A stretch of 64,000 nucleotides of DNA from NCBI GenBank assembly GCA_951406725.2, contig OX597826.1:10044001-10108000 (forward strand), given 5' to 3'. This document shows positions 52,070 to 64,000 of the stretch, in pieces. How positions within the stretch are numbered: the stretch's first letter is position 1; every line of letters starts with the position of its first letter. The DNA is from Octopus vulgaris. Lineage: Eukaryota. The notes beneath the pieces were generated by a model, which was not told the DNA's origin, did no database searches, and saw nothing but the letters and a program-made list of their open reading frames with translations. A program made the translations under genes and the position numbers.

Positions 52070-54124
52070 GTAAGTACTTCACTGTAATTGTAAGAAATTG
52101 CTTTGCTGTTTAATTACCATCTTTTCCTTTTTTATCTTTTACTTGTTTGAGTCATTGGATTGCGGCCTTGCTGAGGCAGTACCTCAAGGGGTTTCAGTGG
52201 AACAAATGTACCCAAGTGCTTTTTTTTAAAGTCTGGTACTTATTCTATCATTGTCTTTTGCTAAACTGCTGAGTTATGGGGACATAAAGCTACACCAGTT
52301 GAGCAGTGCAATGGGGGTAATAATTACAAAGACACACAAACACATATACATGCAGTGACTGCAAAGACCCGACAAATAACGTGAGTTCATGGCTGTTTCC
52401 TGCACCAGCTTCACGTAGCAGCCCCAGCCCATCCAAAGTACCTTGGTTCTCAGGATGGCCTGCTGTGTTTACCTTGGATCATAGGGCGACCTGCTGTGCT
52501 TGAGGAGGCCTATTGAGCCAAGTACCTCAACATCAAAATAAAATCAAATGGAAATTGTACTTGTGATACCCGTGCACGTAAAAAGCACCATCCGAACATG
52601 GCCGATGCCATCGCTGCCTTGACTGGCTTCCTTGCCAGTGGCACATGAAAAGCACCAACCGATTGTGGCTGTTGCCAGCCTCCCTGGTGGTACGTAAAAA
52701 GCACCCACTACACTCATGGAGTGGTTGGCGTTAAGAAGGGCATCCAGCTGTAGAAACACTGCCAGATCAGACTGGAGCCTGGTGCAGCCTCCGGGCTTCC
52801 CAGACCCCGGTCAAACCGTCCGACCCATGCAAGCATAGAAAACGGATGTTAAACGATGATGATGATGTGTGTGTTTCTAGCTATCTATCTGTCTATGATG
52901 AACTTCCACACAACCTCTGTTGCCAAATTTACTCACAAGGCATTGGTTGGCCTGGAGTTGTAGTAGAAGACACTTGCCCAAGGTGCTGCACAGTGGGACT
53001 GGACCCAAAACCAAGTGGTTGCAAAGTACGTTACTGAAACACGCAACCATGCCTGCACCTGGTTTATTATTCAGTTTTATTTACACATCAACCAAACTTT
53101 GGTACCTTTGTTTGTATGGTTGTCTTTTAATCCAGTACAGACCTTTGGTCAACATCTTTCCAACAGTGAAGATCCTGCTTTTTCTTGTGTGCAATACCCT
53201 GGGGGTGGGAAGGAAGTGGGGGAGACATGTATGCTATTCTTTGCTGGATGGATGGCCATGTAAAAGCTCCCCTGCTAGCTTGATTTATTTGAGTTATTTC
53301 AATAACTCAAATGTGAATTCTTTTGATGTCAACCCGTCTGAGACTACCCCTGGCTCTATGATACAATCTTCCTGCTTTGAAGTGATCTAAAAACCTTCCA
53401 TCAGTGAGCGGGGCCGGTGCGCATTGATGCCGTCGAGAGGTAGGCCCCGAAACGGCGCGCATTCTCTCCTGATGACCCCATTCACTTGCTGGCTTCCGGT
53501 ATATGGAGCTTTTGACTGGTAGCACTTGCATGTGCAAGTTGTTTGCAAGACATGTTCCAGATATTTTTCTACTAAAAGCACAAGGCCTGGAATTTGTTGA
53601 TCACATCGACCCCAGTGCGTAACTGGTACTTAATTTATTGACCCCGAAAGGATGAAAGGTGAAGTCAAATTCGGCAGAATTTGAACTCAGAACAGACAGA
53701 CAAAATACTGCTAAGCATTCTACCTGCTCGCTGCCTCACATGGTAACAAAAATATGTTAACCAAAAGGGTTATGGCACATTTTATTGTTTCGTTTGCCTC
53801 GTAAGGCAGTATACTGGCAGTCATTAACACATCACACAAAACGTTTTGTGGCATTTCGTTCAGCCCTTTATGTTCTAAGTTAATTCCACAGAGGTTAACT
53901 TTGCCTTTTTATCCTTTCAGCATTAATAAAATAAATACCGGTTAAACACTGGGGTTGATGTAATCAACTTACTGACTCTCTTTAAATCACTGGCCCTATG
54001 CCAAAATTTGAAAGAATTATTCTGTTTATTTCCGTTTACTTGACTGGCAACCTGTGTTCTACAACTAATTCACAGTGATTGAAAAAGCATCCTTCTTTAA
54101 AAATACTTGCTTCAACTCTATATT

Positions 54125-54520
54125 ACTCTTTTGCTTGTTTCAGTCATTTGACTGCGGCCATGCTGGAGCACCGCCTTTCGTCGAGCAAATCGACCCTGGG
54201 ACTTATTCTTTGTAAGCCCAGTACTTATTCTATCGGTCTCTTTTGCCGAACTGCTAAGTGACGGGGACGTAAACACACCAGCATCGGTTGTCAAGCAATG
54301 CTAGGGGGTCAAACACAGACACACAAACACACACACACATACATATATATATACATATATACGACAGGCTTCTTTCAGTTTCCGTCTACCAAATCCACCC
54401 ACAAGGCATTGGTCGGCCCGGGGCTATAGCAGAAGACACTTGCCCAAGGTGCCACGCAGTGGGACTGAACCCGGAACCATGTGGTTGGTTAGCAAGCTAC
54501 TTACCACACAGCTACTCCTA
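54125..54520 (-). mobile_element. SINE family B
   Basis: Near-identical to 49720-50117. Confidence 0.85.
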
Positions 54521-57500
54521 TGTAAAAGTTTGTAAAGACTTCCCATTTCTATGCATGAATGTAAATTTCTTTATTATTTTTTTTATATGAAGTGAAAACA
54601 ACATCTTTGTCATCTTTATCAGTCAAGTTTTTTTCTTCTTTCTTTTCGTGAGGATCGGGGATAGTATAAGCGATCTGGTGGTGTTTAGTTTTAATATTGT
54701 TTTAAACTTGGACAAGTGTTTTCTGCTGCCTTGCGACTGGATTTGGTAGATTTCTTTTCCTTGCCTTGCAAGTTACTTGGCAACTTCACTAGTGTCAGTG
54801 GCATGAAAAGATGCACCCAGTACATTCCGTAAAGTGGTTGGCATTAAGAAGGGCATCCAGATGTAGAGACCATGCCAAAGCTGACACTGAAGCTCAGTGC
54901 AGCCCTACAGCTCACCAGATCCTGTCAAACCATCCAACCCATGCTAGCATGGAAAATGGATGTTAAACGATGATGTTATATAATTATGTCTTGTTTTGGC
55001 ATCGCGATGGTTGTAAATGAGTATCACTGTTATACAAGTGGTGTCATTCGTTTCTATTATTCTGCAAAAAAAACAAAGCAATATCTGATCATGAGGAAAT
55101 ATTACCTTGCATGGAAACAGGTGATGGTTGCCCAATGGAAAGTCACCTGGGCAGAGAAAATCTGCCTCAGTAAATGCTCTTTGACATGCATGATAATGAT
55201 GATGTTCAAAGTTCAAATCCCATCCATGTCAACTGTGGTCTTTCAGCCTCTTGGTGTGAGTGGTTGTGGTGATGGGAATGAAATAAGTACCAGTCTAATA
55301 CCAGAGTCAATTTAATCTTTGTCTCCTTCTCTCAAAGATGTCCTGACTTGTACTTTAGTTGCAAAATTGTATTATGTACTTTTTTTTCTTTTTGGTGGCA
55401 TTGTTATCAATAAAATAGTATCTCCTCATCTGCAACATTGGTTATTATGAAAGGAAGTAATTATTGGTAATTATCAATAATTATTTCCTTTGCTAACGAC
55501 AACGATACACTTACGGAGCAACTCTTTCAAAGCAGCAGTAGCAGCATCAGTAGTAGTAGTAGAAGCAGCACCAGCAGTTGTTGTTCACTTTCGAAGTCAG
55601 CCCTGGTCAAGTGGTCCTCTGGCGAAAAGCTTTCCGGCAGTAATCAGCCATCTTGTTTACAGACATGGCTTGGTGTATCTAACTAACATCATACATGTCC
55701 ATGGGTAGGATGAGATTTGGTTGCTATCTCTAGCTAATCAAGTGACCATTTAGATGACCCTTGTTGACTTGTCTTTACTGTTGTCGAGAAACCCCAGGTC
55801 AAATAGAATTGTGATCCTGAAGTGGGGCCATTTATCACAAAATACCTAAGTTTTCAGTTTAGAGAGATTTAATCCTCTCGTTGCCATATTTCTAATGAAC
55901 TATGCTGCTTTTGTTTTAATTAGGTTTGAAAACAATAAAAAATTTAGTAATATAACTTTGTCATTGTCAATCTGGTATCTGGAAGATAAATTAAAATGAA
56001 ACTTTGATAAAAGGTTTTAATTTAGAACACTTTAAAACGAGAAGTTTGTACTGTAGAACTAGGAAGAGTCTCAGGTGGAGGGGGTATCAAAAAGGTTAAA
56101 CTTTTCTTGCTGAAATGCATATAAAAGAGAAGTGTGGACATGATTAATACAGCTGTAAGCCTGACCAAATGCTTTGCAATATTTAACTCTACTTGTGGAG
56201 AACTGTTGAGGCAAGTGAAAATCAAAATCAAAATCGATCAACATCAATGGTAATTGTAGCTGTGATACCAGTGCCGGTGGCATGTAAGAGAATCATCCGA
56301 ACATGGCCGTTGCCAGCGTCGCACTGACTGGCCTCCGTGCCGGTGGCACATAAAAAGCACCATCCGATCATGGCCATTGCCAGCCTCGTCTGGCATGTAA
56401 AAAGCACCCACTACACTCAAGGAGTGGTTGGCATTAGGAAGGGCATCCAGCCGTAGAAACACTGCCAGATCAGACTGGGCCTGGTGCAGCCTTCTGGCTT
56501 CCTAGACCCCAGTTGAACCATCCAACCCATGCTAGCATGGAGAGCGGACGTTAAACAATGATGATGATGAATTTTGTCCTCCACGATAATGAGCTCAATA
56601 CTAGCTTGGGCCTGCTTTGCCTTTAATCTCCTGTCAGAGAATATTGTTAAGGCATGGCTGTGTAGGCACAAGCATTTATGTGTGGTTAGGAAGCTTGCTT
56701 TTCAACCACGTGGTTTTGGGTTCAGTCCCTGTGTATGGCATCTTGAGAAAGTATCTTCTGCTATAGTCTCAGGCTGACTGAAGCCTTGTGATTGAATTTA
56801 GTGGGTGGAAATTCCCATCGTCTGTGTACATGTGTGTGTAAGTGCTTGTGCCTCCTAACAGAGGAGGGAATAAAGATTTAAAGTTAAATAGTTTGATTCT
56901 ATTTCCTTACAAAAATTAGTCATGTGCTTAAGAAAAAGAAAAAACAAAAAAAGAAGTAATCTAAACTTCTGTATAATTCTTGTGCAGAATCTGCTACCAC
57001 ATGGTAGGGAAGTGGAAGCAGAGCAGTTTAGGAATATAGGAAGGAACATAATTATTATCTCTGAATATACAGTATAAATCTGAGAGTATATTGAGTTTCA
57101 TGTAGGCCAAGAAAATATCCGGCAATCGTATGATATGAACATAGGATGTGAACTGAAGTAGAAAATACCATGCATTCTAGGGAAACGGTAGATGCAGAAA
57201 ACCTGGGATTGAAGTTCTCAATTTATTTAAAAGATTTCGTTTGTAAATGAAAGTATATCAAGGACAAATAGAGATAAACATGTCAAGCAATATTTTATGT
57301 TCATTCAAACCCATGTTTTGAGTTCAAATTCCGCTAAGGACAACTTTGCCTTTCATCTTTTCGGGATCGATAAAATAAGTACCAGTTATGCACTGGGGTT
57401 GATATAATCGACTTAATCCGTTTGTCTGTCCTTGTTTGTCCCCTCTGTGTGTAGTTCCTTGTGGGCAATAAAAAAATAGGTATTTCATCCATCTGCATGT

Positions 57501-57691
57501 TTTGAGTTCAAATTCCGCCAAAGACGACTTTGCCTTTCATTCTTTCAGGGGTCAATAAAATAAGTACCAGTTGAGTACTGGGGTCAGTGTAATCAACATG
57601 CTCTCGCCCTTGAAATCAGTTGCCTTGTGTCAAAATTTGAAACCAATTAATGTTCTGAGTTTTAAATTAAATTAATTCTATTTATTTTTAG

Positions 57692-57783
57692 ATGGCTCGA
57701 AGTTTTCAATCCTCGTGGATCCACTGGACGTCTCTAATCTTACTTCAGAGACAAATGAGAAATCTTTACAAATATCTGTCCTG
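57692..57783 (+). CDS. STIL: STIL-like coding exon C (92 nt)
   Basis: Acceptor tttatttttAG, donor GTAAAT at 57784. G|AT completes Asp, then GSKFSILVDPLDVSNLTSETNEKSLQISVL (phase 0). Compare human EEGVTLTVDRFDPG. Confidence 0.75.
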
Positions 57784-58309
57784 GTAAATATAGTTTATAG
57801 TTTTGTCTTTTGTGATTTTTCTAATTTGTTTTATAACAAGTTTAATTAAAACCTCTACTGCTTTCTCCTTGCCCTTTCAGTTCCTATTTAAACTAAGTAA
57901 GAGTTAGAAGTCAAATATTCAGAGCTGTTTGTTAATTGGGAATGACAAAAATGAAATTAAAGTTGATGACTTTTTATTAAGAATAAAAAAAAAAAATTCT
58001 TTTACACTTTATTGTAACCTGATATCAACACTAATAAAGATTTACATTCGTTAACATAAGCATCTTGTCATTAGCCATTAACTTGAATCCGAGCTTTTGC
58101 TCTTGTCTCTTCTTGTTCAGGCCTACATTATGGTGACAGCCAGTCAGATGATTAAGAACAATTAATTAAACCTTTGTGTCAAAATGGTCAAGAAGAAAGT
58201 GAGGTCACCAGGATGTATTCAACTACACAAAGTCAACATGTCCGTCTGACTAGATATTGTTGCTTTAACTTGCTCCTTCTCGCTTTACAGTGAAAGTGTA
58301 TTACTAATT

Positions 58310-58350
<41 letters not shown>

Positions 58351-60067
58351 GAACTTATTTATCATCATCATTCATGTTATTGTCATTTGATGTCTCTATT
58401 TTCTTTTTCCATGCTGGTACTTGTACGAATTTGCTGTACAGCTTATTATTAATCATCTTTATCATGTCCTGTTTCTTTCTGTTGGACACAGTTTCCTAAG
58501 ATCCGAGCTCACTACGTCTTCCTCTTCTCTGCATACCCCCCTCTACCAACAATACACAGCACTCGTCATCCATCCACATCACAGTACAGTCTCTAGGTGA
58601 TACCTTTAGTGCTTGACTGCTCTCTGAAATCATTTAGGATCTAATTTTTATACTGTTTAACATCACATATCTAATGTTATTTTCTTTGCTGTTTCTCACA
58701 ATATCTAATCTTTTACCTTTGCAGTTTGTACTCTATTCACAATTATAGTATACTATCATACAGATATAGCAGTATATCATTTAAACATAGCCTATTATTA
58801 TCACATAAAAGCAAACCATTTATGATATTAAACAGTGTACAAGTTTATCGTATTGTGATTTGATGTTGCTTTCCCATTAGCCATAGTCTGTGGCATCTGT
58901 ATGTATTGTATGACATCTGAAAAGCTTCTTGCCAAGACACGGGTCTGGGCAAGGTTTTATTTTATGAGCATTTGCTCATACATGCAAGTCTACCCTCTAC
59001 ACCTCCCCATGCTACTGATGTAATCCAAGAGAAAGGCAAGGGGTCGATACAGCTTGGCACCAGTGCGGTTGTAGGTGTTTTTGTCAGAGCTTAAAGAATC
59101 GGAACAGATCCTACAAGATGTTCCAGCCAATACTTCACCAATTTCTCTAATCCTCCTCCTTGGACTCTTTATTTATTTCTCAACCCCTGAAAGAACGAGA
59201 GGCTTGAGTAGAGTCAAGCTCTCACTTTTGTCTATGGTCATCAATACATCCTTCTCTAGAGTACAGTGCGCACCCTCTCCAATCCTTGGTCCATTTCAAT
59301 GTATACACCTTTCTGTAACTTGGTGGGTATCAACACTATCTCATCTTCACCATCTCTCCCCCATCTTTACCTGAAGCAGCTATGTTTATTCTGTACTGCG
59401 ATACACCTTTGTTTTGTTCCTCAATTCTACTCCTCCCATCAGTTGAAGGGTGGGGCTCATATCTTGCAAGTTACTTGGTGACCTCACTGGTACTGGTGCC
59501 ACATAAAAAGCACCCAGTACACTCTATAAAGTAGCTGGTGTTAGGAAACCATGTCAAAGCAGATGGCCGGGTTTGGTGCAGTCTTCTGACTTGCCAGTTC
59601 CTGTTCAACCATTCAACCCATGCTAGCATGAAAAATGGATGTTAAATGATGATGATGATGATGATGATGATGATGCTGCCACTGTTGTTGTTGTTTCATT
59701 GGTATATAATATTAATGTTATTATTTATATAGCGATCTGTGTATCTTGCTCCATGCAAACAGATCATGGAAAGACAAATTGACTGTGGTATTCGTCTTGA
59801 GATAATATCTCTTATGGATGTACTATGTTAAATAACACAAACATATACTAGTATCAAATGAAAATATCCAACAGCTGTTATGGGACCATGTCTGCTACTG
59901 ATATATTTGGCTATTATCTCTAGATGAATACTGCAGTTAGTTTGGCTTTCTGTGATGTATATGCATTAAGTATGATACACAAATCACTATTCTAAACCAA
60001 TACTGCTTCTGTTGCATGTGTTGAATTACTATTGTTTATGTGTTTTTTTAAAAAATATTTTATCCAG

Positions 60068-60124
60068 GTTTCCAAATCTAACAAGTGTAGTTTCCTCCCA
60101 GAAGATTATAACAGAGCTGTAAAA
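60068..60124 (+). CDS. STIL: STIL-like coding exon D (57 nt)
   Basis: Acceptor ttttatccAG, donor GTAAGT at 60125. Phase 0/0, VSKSNKCSFLPEDYNRAVK. Compare human HSVDDFSSALK. Confidence 0.72.
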
Positions 60125-60194
60125 GTAAGTGTATTGTAAATATATCCATTCTTTTCAATTTCTGCACCAGGAACATCATCAGCTTTAGTAAATC

Positions 60195-61260
60195 ACCATC
60201 ATGTAGTATCCATTGTCCATGCTGGCATGGGTTGGACGGTTTGACCAGGGCTGACAAGCTGGAAGGCTGCACCAGACTCCAATCTGATTTGGCATGGCTT
60301 CTACAGCTGGATGCACTTCCTAACGCCAACCACTCTGAGAGTGTAATGGGTCCCTTTATGTGCCATCAGCACGCGTGCCATTTGCGTGACACCAGTATCT
60401 GCCATGACTGTGATTTTACTTGGCTTGATGGGTCTTCTTCCTAAGCACAATGTAATGCCAAAGGTCACGGTCATTCTCTCCATGAGGCCCAACACTTGAA
60501 AGGAGCTCAGCCACATTGCTTCCATGGGGCCCAATGCTTGAATGGTGCTTTTTACGTGCCACTTACTTGGCACCAACATCAGCCGTTACTAGGATTTCAC
60601 TTGGCTTGATAGGGCTTCTCAAGCACAGCATATCGCCAAAGGTCTCAGTCACTAGTCATCACCTCTGTGAGGCCCAAAGATCATGCTTCACCTCGTACCA
60701 TGTCTTCCTGGGTGTACCTCTACCACAAGTTCCCTCCACAGTTAGAGATTGGCACTTGTTTACACAGCTGTCCTCGTCCATCCGTATCTCATAACCATAC
60801 CAGCACAGTTGTCTCTCTTGCACACCACATCTGATGCCTCTTATGCCCAAATTTTCTCTGAAGATGCTTACACTCTGTCGAACATGCACACTGACATTGC
60901 ACATCCAGCAAAGTATACTGGCTTCATTTTTTTCAAAGCCTACACATGTCCTTGCCTGTCACAGCCCATGTTTCACTGCCATGTAGCATAGCTGTTCGCA
61001 CACAGACATCAAACAATCAGCCTTTCACTCTGAGAGAGAGGCCCTCTGATGCCAGCAGAGGTAGGAGCTCTCTGAACTTTGCCCAGCCTAATCACAGCTA
61101 CACTCTTAGAGCATCCACCTCTGCTACTAACATGGTCACCTAGATAATGGAGGCTATCTACTACCTCTAGCCATTCCCCTGGCAGTTGGTGGAGTCTATT
61201 TTCTGTATATTTTCAGTGTTTATTGTACCTGTGCATCTTTCTCAAACGCAAAAGCTATTT
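60195..61260 (-). mobile_element. 5'-truncated RTE-clade LINE, same family
   Basis: LGIRGIRCGVQERQLCWYG...GRGTPRKTW RT C-terminus plus the shared 3' UTR. Confidence 0.8.
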
Positions 61261-61559
61261 TCCCTGCAAAATGTTTCTTGTTGTTTGTGCTGTTGGGTAG
61301 TTGCACTTTTCCATGGTTATTTCTGTTCTTTTCTTCAATACTGAAATGCTTTTTTTTTGAATTAAAAGAAAGAAAAGATTATCTTTTATAATGCTTAGCC
61401 TGTAAGGTGAACCATCAACCTATTGAAGTGATCAAGAAGAGGAGAACGGGTTGACTGGGACATACCCTACAGAAACTGGTTTCCAGCATTACAAGGCAAG
61501 CCTTTCAATGGGGGAGATGGAAGCATGCTTGCTTGCTTCCTGTTCTTGCTTGATGGGGC

Positions 61560-62110
61560 TGGGGTCATTTCAGGTTAGTGGTCCCAAAGTTGTCATCACG
61601 TGTAGAGTTGACCAGGTCCACCAGTGCTCTCCATTGCTGATGGCCCCGTGCCAGCTCCTCTGCAACCTCCAAGGTGATGTTGAGGCTCTGGAGATCTTCC
61701 CTAATCACATCCAGCCATCTGCCATGAGGCCTCTTCTAGTTTGCAGCTGCTGCGTCAAATAAGTGTAAAGCCCTGGTAGGGTTGATCTAGCGGGAGACGG
61801 AGGACACGTCCATGCCAGCACATGCGGCTGATAGCTACGAGGTGGGAGGCTGCAGGCTGTTGCATGCATGCATGCAGTTCTTTGTTGGAAATTTGAAGGT
61901 ACCTTCTGATTTTCTTGATGGTCCTCAGGCATCTGCTATCGATGGAAACAAGGTAGACCAAAAACAGCATGAAAAATGTCCACAGAAGCTGAAGTACTGG
62001 AAGATGGCTACCCCTGGGGACAATCCATTGCCAAAGTTCGAGACTGATGGAAATCTCTTGTTTGTATCCTATGCTCCATATGGGGTCAAAGAATGCTGTC
62101 ATTAATTCTT
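61560..62110 (-). mobile_element. Decayed RTE-clade LINE fragment
   Basis: Frameshifted pieces: DSRCLRTI, RMCWHGRVLRLP, GRWLDVIREDL..WRALV. Confidence 0.65.
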
Positions 62111-62427
62111 GAGTCGGATTAAATCAATGATTTCTGCCCATGCTAGAGCACTGCTTAATGACAGTATCTTTTAGAGTTTAGTGCTGGTATTTTTGATTTA
62201 TCACTGTTTGTGTGTGTATATGTGTATGCAGTTGAAGAATTAGTGAGTTACTTCAGGCTGCTTATTTATGGTTTGTAGGCTACTGAAGATGACTGTCTGG
62301 AAGGTGGAAGAGGAACATACACCACCTTCCTGCTGAAATCTTCAGCAAGAACTGTCACCATATTCTTGAGTCTATGATCAAAAACATGCCATTCATGACC
62401 TTTCCATCTCTTTCCTTATGTCAGATA

Positions 62428-62715
62428 TAGGTGCAGGCATGACTAGGTACAGGTATGTCTAGATGCAGATATGGCTAGGTTCAGGCATGGCTTGATGCTA
62501 GCATAGCTAGGTGCTGGTGTGGCTAAGTGCAGATACGGCTAGGTGCAGGCATGGCTAGGTGCAAGCAAGGCTTGGTGCAGGTATGGCTTGGTGTAGGTAT
62601 GACTCGGTACAGGCATGGATTGGTGCCAGCATGGCTTGATGCTGGTTTGGCTAGGTGCAGGCATGGCTAGGTGCAGGCATGGCTTGATGCAGGTATGGCT
62701 TGATGCAGGCATGGC
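62428..62715 (+). repeat. 16 bp minisatellite, 18 units (TAGGTGCAGGCATGGC)
   Basis: Counted unit by unit; the last unit runs straight into a SINE body (tgtgtggttaaaaagcttgg...). Confidence 0.9.
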
Positions 62716-63418
62716 TGTGTGGTTAAAAAGCTTGGGTACAGTCCCCTCTGCATGGCACCTTGGGCAAGTGTTTTCTTCTATAGTCCTAAACTGACTAAAA
62801 CCTCATGAGTGAAGTTGATAGATGGAAACTGAAAAGCTCACGTGTAAGTGTGTGTGTGTGTGTTTGTGTCTCCTGTCCTAAACCTCACATGATAGTTGTA
62901 AAACGATTGTCACCGTCATACAAGCGGTGTTGCTCATTTCCAATATTCTGTATAAAATGGGTCTGGCCATGGGGAAGCATTATCTTGCTTAGAAACAGGT
63001 GAGGGCTGGCAACATGAAGGGCATCTCACCATAGAAAAAAAAACTACCCAATAAACCATATTTGAACCATGCAAGCAAAGAAAAGTGGATGTTAAAATGA
63101 TGACGACAATGATGATGATGATGATCGCACACACACACACACACACACACACACGCGTCCATGCACACACACATACACACACTCACACACACAAGCGCAC
63201 ATGCACACGCATGCACACACATGCACACGCATGCACACACGCACACGTGCGTGCACAGTGTACTTTATTGGAAATTTGATCATAAAAGAATTAATGGCGT
63301 TTCAGTCGTTTAAAAGCCTGGGTTACTGATCGAAAGAGCAGGAATCAATGATACACGGCATGATAGATAATATATGAAACACCTGATGTCCCACTTATCG
63401 TACCACAGCCCTATCTAT

Positions 63419-63460
<42 letters not shown>

Positions 63461-63669
63461 CCTTAGCATTTATCATCCTGTTTAGGTTAGGAATAAGCCA
63501 TTGACTAAATTTTGTTGCCAATGATACAATTCAAACAGCAGAGTGTTCTATCAATTGTTCTATCTTAGTGAATTCATTGTTCTTTAGTGCTAACCTTAAA
63601 ATAATTGCCATATTGTGAGATGTGTTCACGACAGAATTCCAACAATTTTATGTTGATTTAGTGTGTATA

Positions 63670-63700
<31 letters not shown>

Positions 63701-63760
63701 TCATTTAGCGTCCGTTTTCCATGCTAGCATATATAATATATATAAATACATATATGTGTG

Positions 63761-63815
<55 letters not shown>

Positions 63816-64000
63816 TTTATATGAGTTCATGTGTTGAAGAATTTTCTGTTGTGTCTGGGGAGAGTCATTTTCTTTTTGTGCCTTATAATTTAACACACTC
63901 ACCAGTAAAATTTCCACTATTCCTTATTTTTATTAAATTTTTGTTGCGTCTTGCAACCTTTTCAATAGTCTTGACTCTGTCCGTTATTTACAGTAATTTA

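Noticed and set aside
58121-58170. Additional STIL exon after a good acceptor
   Set aside because: Stop codons in all three frames within 50 nt; exons C and D already join in frame.
59733-59830. Possible exon RSVYLAPCKQIMERQIDCG...
   Set aside because: Weak splice sites and not needed for the alignment.

Overview
AT-rich, repeat-dense animal genomic DNA, most likely octopus (inferred from the SINE families, RTE tails and microsatellite load; not proven). Almost all ORFs in the supplied track are microsatellite or repeat artefacts. One host gene can be assembled by hand: four + strand exons (47557-47655, 51957-52069, 57692-57783, 60068-60124) splice in frame into a divergent STIL/SAS-5/Ana2-like N-terminus, and the gene continues beyond the window. 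Candidate promoters or first exons lie near 19.4 kb and 31.5-32 kb. The rest is tRNA-derived SINEs, RTE, R4/Dong and Jockey/CR1-group LINE fragments, Helitrons, piggyBac-, mariner- and Merlin-like MITEs, and a full-length decayed U6 copy abutting a SINE. The most striking signal is a set of short non-coding elements, mostly inserted in (TA)n runs, that carry minimal hammerhead ribozyme motifs with palindromic stem III, terminal direct repeats and fold-backs (Penelope-like/retrozyme-like). Two families appear to have compensatory changes in the 3-8 core pair. Repeat boundaries are approximate and all homologies were judged by eye.
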